This document shows, in pieces, positions 20,678 through 31,312 of a stretch of DNA of 63,713 nt. The DNA is taken from positions 1-63,713 of the forward strand of contig JBOFUV010000013.1 in the NCBI GenBank assembly GCA_051652765.1, written 5' to 3'. Each line of letters starts with the position of its first letter. The first letter of the stretch is position 1. The notes beneath the pieces were generated by a model. The model ran no database searches. It was given only the letters and a program-made list of their open reading frames with translations, and was not told the DNA's origin. Position numbers and translations under genes: made by a program. Source of the stretch: Microcoleaceae cyanobacterium (GTDB lineage: Bacteria > Cyanobacteriota > Cyanobacteriia > Cyanobacteriales > Microcoleaceae).

Positions 20678-23600
20678 ATGTCTTCAATCCCCAGACCCGA
20701 CCAATCTATTCCTCTACAAGTTCAATGTTTAAGCTGCAGCGTGCTAAACCCTCAAGGGGCAAAGTTTTGTATGTCCTGTGGCCTGAGACTACAACAGGTT
20801 TGCCCCCAGTGCCAGTGGGAAAACCTACCCCAAGCTCAGTTTTGTATCGAATGTGGTATCTCCCTGACTCAGAAATTGGCAGTAACTGTTTCCAGTCGGA
20901 GTCATCCTAGACCCGCAGAACGTCGTCAGTTAACCGTGATGTTTTGTGACCTAGTGGGATCAACAACCTTGTCAGAACAACTTGACCCAGAAGAATTGCG
21001 AGAACTGATCCAAACCTACCAAGAAACTTGTGCTGAAGCTGTGATGAAGTTTGGGGGATATATTGCCCAGTATCTAGGAGACGGAATTTTAATCTATTTT
21101 GGGTATCCAATCGCCCACGAGGATGACGCTCAACGGTCAGTGCGAGCAGCTTTAGGCATTATTGACAGCATTCGCAACTTAAAATTTAGCTGTAAATTGG
21201 CCTCTGTTCAAAGCCACACCCTTGATCTCTCGGTGCGGTTGGGGATTCATACTGGGTTGGTTGTGGTAGGAGAAGTCGGCGCTGGCAACAAACGGGAACA
21301 GCTTGCCATCGGTCAAACCCCTAATATTGCGGCGCGATTGCAAGGCTTGGCCCAGCCCAATACGGTGGTTCTGAGTCCTACCACCCATCGGATGGTACAG
21401 GATATTTTTGAGTTTCAGTCCTTGGGAGAGCATTCTCTCAAAGGGGTTTCCCAACCCGTAGAACTGTATCAAGCGCTGCAAGAAGCCGGATACTGTAAAC
21501 GGATGAAAGTTGCCGCTAGTCATTGGACACCCTATGTGGGTCGAGAAGCAGAATTAGAGCAACTCAAAACCCTGTGGGAACGGGCAAAATCGGGACAGGA
21601 AGAAGTTGTTTTGCTGATTGGAGAGGCTGGCATCGGGAAATCTCGCCTGGTGCAGGAGTTTCGACAGGCGATCGCTACAGATTCTTACGCATTGCGGGAA
21701 GTTCACTGTTCCTCTTATCACCAAAACACACCGTTTTATCCCATTGCAGAAATGTTTCGGACGGAGATTTTGCACCTGGAACGCCAGGATTCTGCCCAAA
21801 CGCAACTCGAAAAGGTAGAACAGTTTCTCCATCAAACGAATATTCCCCTGGAAGCAGGGGTTCCTCTGTTGGCTCAACTGCTCTCGATCCCGCTGGATGA
21901 GCGCTATCCCGCGTTGAACCTATCCCCTTTAGCCCAGAAACAGAAGTTGTTAAAGGTTTTGCTCACCTTAATTCAACAGGTTGCCAGCCAGCAGCCGTTG
22001 TTAGTGGTTGTAGAAGACATGCAATGGATTGACCCTTCTACCCTGGAGTTGATTGAAAAGCTGATTGAGATGGAAGACGATGCCCGCTACCCGATTTTAC
22101 GAATTTATACCAGTCGTCCAGGGCTTCGCTTTGATTGGTCAAATTTAACCAATTTCACCCCCATAATTCTGAATCATTTCCCAGCCCAGCAAATGGAACG
22201 GATGATTCAAGGAGTCACCCATGGCAAATCCCTGCCTGATGCGGTACAGCGGTTACTGATTGACAAGAGTGACGGAGTTCCCCTGTTCGTAGAAGAAATG
22301 ACCAAGATGGTTATAGAGTCTGGCTGGCTACAAGAAACGGAAACGGCCTATGAACTCACGGCTCCCTTCCCCCCGAGCCTGATGATTCCCGACACCTTGC
22401 AAGGAATGCTGATGGAGCGGCTCGATCATCTGGGAACTGCCAAAGAAGTGGCACAATTGGGGTCAACCATTGGCCGAGAATTTAGCTACGAGCTGATCAG
22501 GGCGATCACCCTCCAGGCACTAGAACTTCAGGGAGAGTTTAACGAAAGGCTGGATGAATCCACGATTATTCAGGGACTCGATCGACTGGTGGAAACGCGC
22601 CTGCTGTTTATGACGGGGGAGTTGCCTGTCGCCTCCTACATTTTTCGCAGCGTTTTGATTCAGGATGCCGCCTACGATTCTCTGTTGAAAAGCACCCGCC
22701 AACAGTATCATCACCGGATTGCCAATGTGCTTGAGGGGGTGTTTCCTGAGATTGTGCAACGGGAACCTGAACTTTTAGCTTACCACTACGATCGGGCCGG
22801 ATTACCCGAACAAGCCGTCCCCTACTGGCAACAGGCGGGACAGTTGGCCTTTGAAAAATCTGCTAATGAGGAGGCGATTGTACATCTCAAATCAGGATTA
22901 ACCTCCTTAGGCCCGCTGCTGCAATCTCCTGAATGGATACAGCCAGAACTCAACCTCCAAATCCTGTTAGGCAAGGCATTAATAACGATTAAGGGATATG
23001 CTGCCCCTGAAGTAGAACAGGTGTTTCGCCGGAGTCAGGAACTTTGTCAACAGCTCGGTAGCACCCCTCAACTCTTTGGGGTGTTGTGGGGACTGTTCGG
23101 TTACCACATCGCCCGCGCCGAGCATCAAACCGCTTTAGAGATTGGCAGTCGGTTGATGGGGTTAGCTCGCCGCTTCAACGATCCAACGATGGAAATGGAG
23201 GCTCACTTTAATCTGGGACTCGCGTTACTTTATGTCGGACGGTTGCAGGCCGCTCAGGAACATTGGTTAGAGGCCATCAAGCTACAGGATAGGTTTTCCC
23301 TGGATTGTCGCACCTGCTTTACAGGTCAGGATGTTGGTGTGTCTAGCTATACTTTTCTCTCTTGGAGTTCTTGGTTGTTGGGTCTGCCGGATATTGCTCT
23401 ACGCTACAGCAAAACGGCGATCGCCCTCGCCCATGAACGTTCTCATCCCTACAGCACTTGTTTAGCGGTTTCTATGGGGGCGGTGTTCCACGAGTTTCGT
23501 CAAGATCAGGTTGAACTACAACAAGAGGCCGAACGAGCGATCGCCTTAGCCCAAGAACAACAGTTTAATTTTTGGCTGGCGTTGGGAACAATCATGCAAG

Positions 23601-24289
23601 GGTGGTCAAAGGTTGTTAATGCTCCGGATGGCCTACACCAGGATTCACAGCACTCCCCTTTGCTGGTGGCCGCACAGATGGGGTCAAGTACACCCAGTAT
23701 CGAGGCTGGAATTGCCCAATTGCGTCAAGGGATCGCTGATCATCGAGCCACAGGGGCTAGAATCTCCCAAACCTATTTTCTGGGACTCTTGGCCCAAGCC
23801 TATGCCAGAGCAGGACAGGTTACAGCCGGATTGGCAGTTCTGGAGGAGGCGTTACAAGCCGTTGAGAATACCTATGAACGGTTCTGGGAAGCAGAGCTGT
23901 ATCGGTTAAAGGGCACTTTACTTCAAGCATTAGAGAAAAAAGCTGATCCTCTCAGCCCTATTCCTGACGGTGCTGCTTCTGCAAGCCCTACTTCTGCAAG
24001 CCCTACTTCTAAAAGTGTTGTCCCTGAAAGTATCATTTCTGCTCCAACCTCAATGACCCCTGAATTCTATTTCCAAAAAGCCCTAGAAATAGCTCGCCAT
24101 CAAGGTGCAAAATCCCTGGAATCAAGAGCAGCGATAAGTCTAGCCCAGTTCTGGCAGCAGCAAGGTCAAGTTAGATCTGCCCAAGACTTGCTTCAGATTT
24201 ATCAACAAAGTAGAGGCGTTGCCAACAACGATTCTGTTACAATCAACGCCCCAAACGAAGATCCTGCTGGGCCAATAACGGAGCCTTAA
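20678..24289 (+). CDS. Double zinc ribbon + class III nucleotide cyclase + STAND-type ATPase + TPR-like protein
   Basis: Four CxxC motifs, ERRQLTVMFCDLVGST, YLGDG, NIAARLQ, Walker A GEAGIGKS, Walker B VVEDMQWID and a helical C-terminus. ATG 20678 was chosen because the longer ORF overlaps the divergent gene. Confidence 0.9.
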   Translation: MSSIPRPDQSIPLQVQCLSCSVLNPQGAKFCMSCGLRLQQVCPQCQWENLPQAQFCIECGISLTQKLAVTVSSRSHPRPAERRQLTVMFCDLVGSTTLSEQLDPEELRELIQTYQETCAEAVMKFGGYIAQYLGDGILIYFGYPIAHEDDAQRSVRAALGIIDSIRNLKFSCKLASVQSHTLDLSVRLGIHTGLVVVGEVGAGNKREQLAIGQTPNIAARLQGLAQPNTVVLSPTTHRMVQDIFEFQSLGEHSLKGVSQPVELYQALQEAGYCKRMKVAASHWTPYVGREAELEQLKTLWERAKSGQEEVVLLIGEAGIGKSRLVQEFRQAIATDSYALREVHCSSYHQNTPFYPIAEMFRTEILHLERQDSAQTQLEKVEQFLHQTNIPLEAGVPLLAQLLSIPLDERYPALNLSPLAQKQKLLKVLLTLIQQVASQQPLLVVVEDMQWIDPSTLELIEKLIEMEDDARYPILRIYTSRPGLRFDWSNLTNFTPIILNHFPAQQMERMIQGVTHGKSLPDAVQRLLIDKSDGVPLFVEEMTKMVIESGWLQETETAYELTAPFPPSLMIPDTLQGMLMERLDHLGTAKEVAQLGSTIGREFSYELIRAITLQALELQGEFNERLDESTIIQGLDRLVETRLLFMTGELPVASYIFRSVLIQDAAYDSLLKSTRQQYHHRIANVLEGVFPEIVQREPELLAYHYDRAGLPEQAVPYWQQAGQLAFEKSANEEAIVHLKSGLTSLGPLLQSPEWIQPELNLQILLGKALITIKGYAAPEVEQVFRRSQELCQQLGSTPQLFGVLWGLFGYHIARAEHQTALEIGSRLMGLARRFNDPTMEMEAHFNLGLALLYVGRLQAAQEHWLEAIKLQDRFSLDCRTCFTGQDVGVSSYTFLSWSSWLLGLPDIALRYSKTAIALAHERSHPYSTCLAVSMGAVFHEFRQDQVELQQEAERAIALAQEQQFNFWLALGTIMQGWSKVVNAPDGLHQDSQHSPLLVAAQMGSSTPSIEAGIAQLRQGIADHRATGARISQTYFLGLLAQAYARAGQVTAGLAVLEEALQAVENTYERFWEAELYRLKGTLLQALEKKADPLSPIPDGAASASPTSASPTSKSVVPESIISAPTSMTPEFYFQKALEIARHQGAKSLESRAAISLAQFWQQQGQVRSAQDLLQIYQQSRGVANNDSVTINAPNEDPAGPITEP

Positions 24290-24738
24290 ATCATAGCCTT
24301 CTTCTTGATTTTGATTGCCGGAGGAGCAACCGATCCGTAGTTAACCCGACAGCCCATGTTCAGCAAACTCGAACTGCACTGGAGCGAGACAATCTGCTCA
24401 TCTAAAATAGCGCTACAGCTCACATACCCGTCATCGTTAGTGTCTTGCATCATACAGGTCAGGGGCTTGGCCTCGGACTGCTTAGCCCAGCCTTTCAGCC
24501 CTTGAGTGGCAATAATGTGGGGCCAGAGGTAAGAGAGCAGAGCCATCCCAGCGATCGCCGCCACCACAAGCCCAAGCTTCAGCTTCCAACTGTTAAGAAA
24601 GGAACCAACCCCAGACTTGATATCGGCAACAGGATTGGAAGAGCTTCCTGAAGTGACCACAGGCTGTTCTACTGTTTTAGTAACACTACTAACGCTTTCC
24701 GGTGCGTTGGCACTATCCTGAACTTGATTTTCAGACAT
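24286..24738 (-). CDS. Hypothetical single-TM protein with Cys-containing C-terminal domain
   Basis: Hydrophobic helix followed by C..QDTNDDGYVSC..C..GC. Confidence 0.65.
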   Translation of the reverse strand: MSENQVQDSANAPESVSSVTKTVEQPVVTSGSSSNPVADIKSGVGSFLNSWKLKLGLVVAAIAGMALLSYLWPHIIATQGLKGWAKQSEAKPLTCMMQDTNDDGYVSCSAILDEQIVSLQCSSSLLNMGCRVNYGSVAPPAIKIKKKAMI

Positions 24739-24820
24739 AGAGTTATGACTCCTTAAAGGCTTTATTTTAAGATCTATCCACACTATAACAGTCTAGATTT
24801 TAGCTGGATATTGGGGGAAA

Positions 24821-26578
24821 TTACATCCGCTCTAAGACGGAAATACCCAACAAAGAAAGCCCCAACTTCAGGGTTCTCGCAGTTAAGTCACACAATCCCA
24901 AGCGAGATGTGCGCTGAGGTTCCTCGGCTTTCAATACCGGGCACTGATCATAGAATTGGTTGAATTTTTGACTCAGTTCAAACAAGTACTGACAGAGGCG
25001 GTTGGGCAAGAGTTCGGTGGCGATCGCATCAATCACTTCATCAAATTGCAAGAGGGATCTGGCGAGGGTAAACTCAGCCTCTTCCTGCAGGTGAATCTTG
25101 GCTTCAGTGCCCATCTGGGTAAAATCAATTTCCCCTTTGCGGCTAATCCCTTGAATTCGGACATAGGCATACAACAGATAAGGCGCAGTGTTCCCTTGCA
25201 AAGACAGCATTTTATCAAAGTTAAACACATAGTTGCTGGTGCGGTTTTGGCTTAAGTCAGCGTACTTTACCGCGCTAATGCCGACAGTTTGAGCAACATG
25301 TTCGATAAATTCCGCCGGTTCAGAACGGTTTTCTGCCACCAGACGATTTTCCAAATCAGTTCGGGCGGTATTAACAGCTTCATCCAACAACTCCCGCAAT
25401 CGTACCGCTTCCCCTGAACGAGTTTTCAGCCTCTTGCCATCGTCCCCTAGGACTAATCCAAAAGAAACATGAATGAGTTGCACCGTTTCTGGAATCCAAC
25501 CCGCTTTTTGCGCCACCTGCCAAACTTGGGTGAAATGATTGGCTTGTCCGGCATCGGTGACATAAATGATTCTGACCGCTTGATCGCAATTAATTCGATA
25601 GCGAACGGCGGCTAAATCCGTTGTGGCATAGTTGTAGCCCCCGTTGGATTTCTGCACAATTAAGGGTAACGGTTCTCCTTCTTTATTGGTAAATCCATCT
25701 AGAAAAATACATTGGGCTCCGTCATTTTCAACCAGTAACCCTGTCTGTTTTAAATCATCAACAACCTGTGATAAAAAGGGGTTATAAAAAGACTCTCCCC
25801 GTTCGGTTAACTGAATATCTAATAAATTGTAGATCACCTGAAATTCCCGGCGGGATTGTTCGCAGAGTAGTTGCCACGCCCGCCGACTGTCTTCTGCGCC
25901 AGCTTGGAGACGAACCACCTCAGTTCGAGCTGTTGCTTTAAAGGTTTCATCCTCATCAAACCGAACTTTGGCCTGACGATAAAAAGCCACTAAATCCCCA
26001 AGATCCAGAGCATCTGCAGTGATTAAGGCATCGGGATAGACTTCCCGCAAATAGGTAATTAACATGCCAAATTGAGTACCCCAATCCCCAACGTGATTCA
26101 GTCGAAGGACATCATGACCTTGAAATTCTAAAATGCGGGCAATACAGTCTCCAATAATCGTTGATCGCAAGTGCCCTACATGCATTTCTTTGGCAATATT
26201 CGGGCTGGAAAAATCAACAATAACGTTCTCAGGAGAATTGATTTTAGCAATCCCCAACCGTTCATCCCCAAACCTTTGATTGAGTTGAGCTTCTAGATAG
26301 TCTGGCTTGAGTTTCAGGTTAATAAACCCAGGCCCTGCAATTTCTGGTTCCTGACAAATATGACTAATGTCTAATTGTTCAAGAATGCGGGTGGCGATCG
26401 CCCTGGGATTATCCTTTAAGGGTTTGGTCAAAGACATGGCCACATTACATTGATAGTCCCCAAACTTAGGGTTACTTGCTGGAACCAACATCACATCCGT
26501 ACCTGCAACGGCTTCCCCAAAGGCAGCGGCTAAAGCCTGTTCAAAGCGCGATCGCAATTGCTCAAGAATTGACATCAT
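24821..26578 (-). CDS. argS: Arginyl-tRNA synthetase
   Basis: [42 protein letters not shown] and C-terminal ERM. Confidence 0.98.
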   Translation of the reverse strand: MMSILEQLRSRFEQALAAAFGEAVAGTDVMLVPASNPKFGDYQCNVAMSLTKPLKDNPRAIATRILEQLDISHICQEPEIAGPGFINLKLKPDYLEAQLNQRFGDERLGIAKINSPENVIVDFSSPNIAKEMHVGHLRSTIIGDCIARILEFQGHDVLRLNHVGDWGTQFGMLITYLREVYPDALITADALDLGDLVAFYRQAKVRFDEDETFKATARTEVVRLQAGAEDSRRAWQLLCEQSRREFQVIYNLLDIQLTERGESFYNPFLSQVVDDLKQTGLLVENDGAQCIFLDGFTNKEGEPLPLIVQKSNGGYNYATTDLAAVRYRINCDQAVRIIYVTDAGQANHFTQVWQVAQKAGWIPETVQLIHVSFGLVLGDDGKRLKTRSGEAVRLRELLDEAVNTARTDLENRLVAENRSEPAEFIEHVAQTVGISAVKYADLSQNRTSNYVFNFDKMLSLQGNTAPYLLYAYVRIQGISRKGEIDFTQMGTEAKIHLQEEAEFTLARSLLQFDEVIDAIATELLPNRLCQYLFELSQKFNQFYDQCPVLKAEEPQRTSRLGLCDLTARTLKLGLSLLGISVLERM

Positions 26579-26680
26579 GGATTAGAAATTAAAATAAAAA
26601 ATATCCGAAAGGGGGTTTGACCAGGATACTGAGGTGCAAACAAGCCAGATCCAAACAGAAAGCCAGATCAAGATACCGAA

Positions 26681-27283
26681 TTAAGATGCCGAATTAAATT
26701 GACGCAGTTGAGCAATCAGGTGATCAAAGTAAGGACTAATCATCTCGGCTTGTTCCGGATTAATGCGCTTTAAACTCGCAGCTTTCAAGCCCTCCAAACC
26801 CGTCACCATCGCAGGCAGGGGAACCGCCAACTCTTGGTACAGCAACTCCATGTTCTGCAACCCTTCCTGACTAGTGTACTGAACTTGCCCGCTAGCAATT
26901 CCGTAGGTGACGCAACGCAGAAAATGCCAAAAGTCTCGCCAGCAAGCCTGGGTTCGGAATTCAGGATAAAGATCGCCCCCTGGCTCAGTAATGCCGGGGT
27001 ATGCTGTCAAAACCTGTTCTCGGGCTTCTGTCACAATTTCTTCAGCCAAATCTCGCAGTTGGCCAGCCAACTCAAGTTGGGCAGGACTAGTAACCTCCTG
27101 AAGACTAGGAACCGTTGCGAGTCCCTGACCCAAGGCCGCCAAATCTGCATCCGTGAGATAGCGTCCTGCGTCGTCGGCGCTTTGGAACTGAGCAATAATT
27201 TCGGTTGGGTAAATTCCCTGCCAGTTGGCAAAGCTAACAATTCTGGCTTTTGGAATTAATTCTTGGGCTTTTTGAGTCAACAT
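26681..27283 (-). CDS. Allophycocyanin-like (AplA-type) phycobiliprotein
   Basis: ADDAGRYLT, PGGDLYP, ACWRDFWHFLRCVTYG (bilin Cys region), PYFDHLI and an N-terminal extension. Confidence 0.8.
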   Translation of the reverse strand: MLTQKAQELIPKARIVSFANWQGIYPTEIIAQFQSADDAGRYLTDADLAALGQGLATVPSLQEVTSPAQLELAGQLRDLAEEIVTEAREQVLTAYPGITEPGGDLYPEFRTQACWRDFWHFLRCVTYGIASGQVQYTSQEGLQNMELLYQELAVPLPAMVTGLEGLKAASLKRINPEQAEMISPYFDHLIAQLRQFNSAS

Positions 27284-28686
27284 GGCAACTTTTCTCCTCG
27301 GATTGAACAGTCTAGCAACTCCATGGGATGCATCAGCATTACGGCTTTGCCTTGCAATTGTAAATGTTTTTTGATCTGGAGAGAACAGCCCGGATTAGAA
27401 GAGGTAATCAACTCTGCACCCGTGTTTAATAAATTCTCAACTTTTTGTTGGCCCAATTCCTCGGCAATTTCTGGTTGCAACAAGTTATAAACCCCAGCAC
27501 TCCCACAACACAAGGCAGCATCCACCGGTTCCCGCAATTGCACCCCTGGAATTTGCTGGAGTAACTGTCGAGGTTGTAGACTAATTTTCTGTCCGTGTAA
27601 CAGGTGGCAGGCATCTTGATAAACTAACGTTAATGAGGGTCGATCAACCAATGGAAAAAGTTGGGTTGTGAGTCCAATTTCAGATAAAAATTCCTGAACA
27701 TCCTTCACTTTTGTTGCAAAGGCTTGGGCTTTTTCTCGATAGTCCGAGTCATCTTTAAGCATCTGGCCATACTCTTTCAAGGTGTGGCCACAACCCGCCG
27801 CATTGATAATTACTGCATCGACATTTGTTCCGGCAAAACTATCGATCATTTGTTTGGCTAAGGTGTGAGCTTGGGCCGTTTGTCCTTGGTGTTCTGGCAG
27901 GGCCGCACAACAGCCTTGGCTTTTAGGAATGACAACTTCACAGCCATTCGCAGTTAATACCCGAACTGTAGCTTCATTCACGGGAGAGAAAAACAACCGT
28001 TGAACACAGCCTAAAATCACCCCAACCCGATACCGCTTTTCCCCTTGAGCTGGAATGACTACAGGAAAATTGTCCTGGAAAAAGCTAGCATTAATCTCTG
28101 GCAAGATTGACTCCATGGCAGCCAATCTCGGTGAAATTTTGGGTAGCAAACCTGTCGCTTGAACGAGGGCTTTAACCCCTAATTTCTGATATAAAAACAG
28201 GGGAAATAATAGAATTCGTAACCGATTGGGATAGGGAAATAGGGTGAAAATCAATGTGCGAATTAGGCGATCGCCCAAATCCCGAGGGACATTTCGTTCG
28301 ACCTGGGGACGAGTTGCTGCAATCAGTTTGTCGTACTGAACTCCGGAAGGACAGGTGGTAACACAGGCCAGACACCCTAAGCAGGTATCAAAATGTTGAC
28401 TAACGACTTCTGCTAAAGGTGCATCCCCTTGATTAATCGCATCCATTAAGTAAATCCGTCCTCTGGGAGAGTCGGTTTCCTTGCCAATCACTCGATAACT
28501 CGGGCAGGTTGAGAGACAGAATCCACAGTGAACACAGGTACTAATTAATTTAGGATCAGGTGGGTTGTTGGCATCAAATTGAGGCAAGAATTCTTCAGAC
28601 TGTAAATGAGGGTTTTGAGACAAAAAGTGGCTGGCTTTAGCTGGAATACGGGTTGGATCTTGAACTGGCGTTTCTGAAGTTTGCAT
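27277..28686 (-). CDS. glcF: Glycolate dehydrogenase Fe-S subunit
   Basis: CVHCGFCLSTCP, CLGCLACVTTCP and two CCG-type domains. Confidence 0.9.
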   Translation of the reverse strand: MQTSETPVQDPTRIPAKASHFLSQNPHLQSEEFLPQFDANNPPDPKLISTCVHCGFCLSTCPSYRVIGKETDSPRGRIYLMDAINQGDAPLAEVVSQHFDTCLGCLACVTTCPSGVQYDKLIAATRPQVERNVPRDLGDRLIRTLIFTLFPYPNRLRILLFPLFLYQKLGVKALVQATGLLPKISPRLAAMESILPEINASFFQDNFPVVIPAQGEKRYRVGVILGCVQRLFFSPVNEATVRVLTANGCEVVIPKSQGCCAALPEHQGQTAQAHTLAKQMIDSFAGTNVDAVIINAAGCGHTLKEYGQMLKDDSDYREKAQAFATKVKDVQEFLSEIGLTTQLFPLVDRPSLTLVYQDACHLLHGQKISLQPRQLLQQIPGVQLREPVDAALCCGSAGVYNLLQPEIAEELGQQKVENLLNTGAELITSSNPGCSLQIKKHLQLQGKAVMLMHPMELLDCSIRGEKLPC

Positions 28687-28710
28687 TGAAGTTTGTATTG
28701 AAGTTTGTAT
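28675..28710. repeat. Tandem 12-mer TGAAGTTTGYAT x3 overlapping the glcF start
   Basis: Units at 28675, 28687 and 28699. Confidence 0.8.
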
Positions 28711-28736
28711 TGTTGAGTTAGGGGTAATAAAACTGA

Positions 28737-30074
28737 TTAGATCTTGCCAACAAAACGCTGGGGACTCAGCAGATTTTGGGGGTCAAATTGTTGTTTCATG
28801 TGGCGCATTAAATCCAGGGCATTACCCCCATATCCCCAAACATCTAGCTGTTGCTTAACCTCAATGGGAGCCTGCAAAATTGATAAAAACCCTCCTTTAG
28901 CTTGACACCAACGCCGCAGTTCTAGCAAGGTTGCCAGGGGAATATCCGGGTCAAATTGCAGAATTCCTAATCCGACTCCAGCGTGAATCCAGCCAGGAGT
29001 TTGAGCTTGAACCAGAGTTGACACGGCTGCCGTGGGTAATACTCCGATTTTGCAAATAATAGATTGGGAGATGATCGGTTGGGAATTGCCAGGTTGCCAA
29101 ATTTGTTGCGGTAATTGTTGCCATAACTCTGCTTCCTGTTCCGGCAAGTTCCGGTTTAAACCCAACTTTTCCCCCACATCTAACACCCGATCCGATTGCT
29201 GTCGCACGCTCTCTACCAAGCCTTGAAACCGAACGATTAATCCAAGGCCCGTACCTAACTGTAATTGCTGCACAATTTGGGACGAGAGCAAGTCCACCGC
29301 AACGGGGGTTAGGGCAGAACCTAATAGGGTTTGCGTGGCTTGAGCAATGGATTCTGGTGCTCCCGTTAAAACAACTGTGCCCGAAGTTTCAGGGAGGGGA
29401 TAAACCCGAAAAGTAACCTGGCTGATGATTCCTAGGGTGCCGTAGGAGCCCGTGAGTAGCTTCATCAGGTCATAGCCCGCCACATTCTTGACGACTCGAC
29501 CTCCAGCCTTTGTGATTTGGCCATCCGCCCGCACGAAAGTAATGCCCAAAATCATATCTCGTACTCCCCGATACCGTTGTCGCAAAGACCCTGTATCTCC
29601 TGTTGCTACAATCCCGCCAAGGGTAGCTTGATCCGGATAGGCTGGGTCAAGGGCGAGGAATTGATGGGCCGTTGCTAGCCTCTGCTGTAACTCGGCAAAT
29701 TTCATTCCCACTTCCGCCGTCACGGTTAAATCGCCCACCGCGTGTTCAATCAAACGGTTCAATCGTGCTGTTCCAACGGCCAATGTTGCCTTCTGAACTA
29801 ACCCCCCCCAATGCAATTTACTCCCATTGCCGTAGGGTAAAATGCTCAGTTGATGCTGATGAGCATGGCCAACTACTGATGCAAGCTGTTCCTGGGTTTC
29901 GGGAAGAACAACACCGTCTAAAGGAGTTCCTGGAGCGATCGCCTGGGCAAAGCGGTCTTGTTGAGGGCTGGCCATCTGGTTCCAAGGCAAAACATGTTCA
30001 GGCCCGACAATTGTTCCCAAGGCAGCAAAATCTAAAGGGATGAACTGAGGTGTAGCAGTAGAACTCATTTGCAA
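28737..30074 (-). CDS. glcE: Glycolate dehydrogenase FAD-binding subunit
   Basis: GGRVVKNVAGYDLMKLLTGSYGTLG and FDPQNLLSP; adjacent to glcF. Confidence 0.88.
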   Translation of the reverse strand: MQMSSTATPQFIPLDFAALGTIVGPEHVLPWNQMASPQQDRFAQAIAPGTPLDGVVLPETQEQLASVVGHAHQHQLSILPYGNGSKLHWGGLVQKATLAVGTARLNRLIEHAVGDLTVTAEVGMKFAELQQRLATAHQFLALDPAYPDQATLGGIVATGDTGSLRQRYRGVRDMILGITFVRADGQITKAGGRVVKNVAGYDLMKLLTGSYGTLGIISQVTFRVYPLPETSGTVVLTGAPESIAQATQTLLGSALTPVAVDLLSSQIVQQLQLGTGLGLIVRFQGLVESVRQQSDRVLDVGEKLGLNRNLPEQEAELWQQLPQQIWQPGNSQPIISQSIICKIGVLPTAAVSTLVQAQTPGWIHAGVGLGILQFDPDIPLATLLELRRWCQAKGGFLSILQAPIEVKQQLDVWGYGGNALDLMRHMKQQFDPQNLLSPQRFVGKI

Positions 30075-30414
30075 TTTAACTTAACGATTTTGAATTGAGA
30101 GTTCAGTCATAATTTTAGTAATGCTATTGTGACATTTTCCCATTCCTTCTTGCCCTGAAATGTTCTTGCCCTGAAATATTGTTTTGGCTAGTTGAATTAA
30201 GTGACAAAACTCACAACCGCTTTGAGCGCACTTGAGTGGAGCAGCAAAATCCAACTCAAAAGCGCTTAGACCTACTCAATCAACCCACACAATAGACATC
30301 AAGCTTAAAAAGCCCCTAGCGTTCAGCGCTATCCTGGAGGTTGTTTGCAGGGCAGCAAGTTTTCACCATTCTCTCAGCAAAAAATCATCTGTTGCCGGAC
30401 TGAGTTTTCTACAA

Positions 30415-30480
30415 TGAACTTTTAGAATGAACTTTTAGAAGTGAATTTTTAGAAGTGAACTTTTAGAATGAACTTATTGA
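30415..30480. repeat. Tandem 13-14-mer TGAACTTTTAGAA x~5 upstream of the DUF4079-like gene
   Basis: Units at 30415, 30428, 30442, 30456 and (partial) 30469. Confidence 0.85.
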
Positions 30481-30501
30481 GAACATTTTGGAGAACTGGG
30501 T

Positions 30502-31311
30502 ATGAACTTTATTGATGTAATGGCTCTCATTCATCCAGCCCTTGCTGTTGGGGTTGTATTCCCAATTATTGGAATCGTAGTTAACTTTGCATGGCAAACT
30601 CGTCAGCGGCGTTTACAAACCTCCGAAGCAGGGAGCAAAAGTAAAATTCCTCCTGTGGTTGGACAGGAACACGTCAAATTAGGGCGCTGGCTCACCGGTT
30701 CCGTGGTGGGGGTGACCTTGATTGCCCTAGCTTACTCTATTTATTTTAAAGGCGTATTTAAAGAACTCACTCCTGAAAAAACATCTCAGGCAATCTTTAC
30801 TGTTTTGCTATTTCTAGCAACCCTAGCCTCTCTCTTCTTCCTCTACAAAGCCAAAGCCAATCAGCCAATTTGGCGGGGAGTATTCGCCACGTTGACAGGA
30901 ATGGGGATCGTGATTCTGGGTTGTCAGGAGGGAGTTTTTCGGAGAGGGTATGAGTGGCAAGTCTCCCATTACTATTACGGGGTTGCTGCTGCGTTATTAA
31001 TGCTGCTTTCCTTGGCTATTGTGCCAGACATTTATAAGAATAAAAAGTGGCGGATTGCCCACATTACTCTTAATTGCATTGCTCTGATACTCTTCTTTGG
31101 CCAAGGAGTAACAGGTTCTAGAGACTTACTAGAAATCCCGTTGTCCTGGCAACAAGAACAGCTCTCTAAGTGCGATTGGCAAAACAAAACCTGCCCTACT
31201 TCTCAATCTCAGAGGTTAAATCATTCGGTATCCCTGTCGGTTGACTTACCTGAGGTCAAGGGGCAAGGGCGAGGTCACCTCGCCCCTCTGCAAGTTAGAG
31301 AACTGAACTAA
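30502..31311 (+). CDS. DUF4079-like multi-TM membrane protein
   Basis: LIHP, H..LG, SHYYYG, WRIAHITLN and GVTGSRDLLEIP. Confidence 0.75.
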   Translation: MNFIDVMALIHPALAVGVVFPIIGIVVNFAWQTRQRRLQTSEAGSKSKIPPVVGQEHVKLGRWLTGSVVGVTLIALAYSIYFKGVFKELTPEKTSQAIFTVLLFLATLASLFFLYKAKANQPIWRGVFATLTGMGIVILGCQEGVFRRGYEWQVSHYYYGVAAALLMLLSLAIVPDIYKNKKWRIAHITLNCIALILFFGQGVTGSRDLLEIPLSWQQEQLSKCDWQNKTCPTSQSQRLNHSVSLSVDLPEVKGQGRGHLAPLQVRELN

Positions 31312-31312
31312 T

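Noticed and set aside
23977..24010. 15 bp in-frame duplication (ASPTS x2) in the cyclase C-terminus
   Set aside because: A minor low-complexity loop insertion with no frame disruption.
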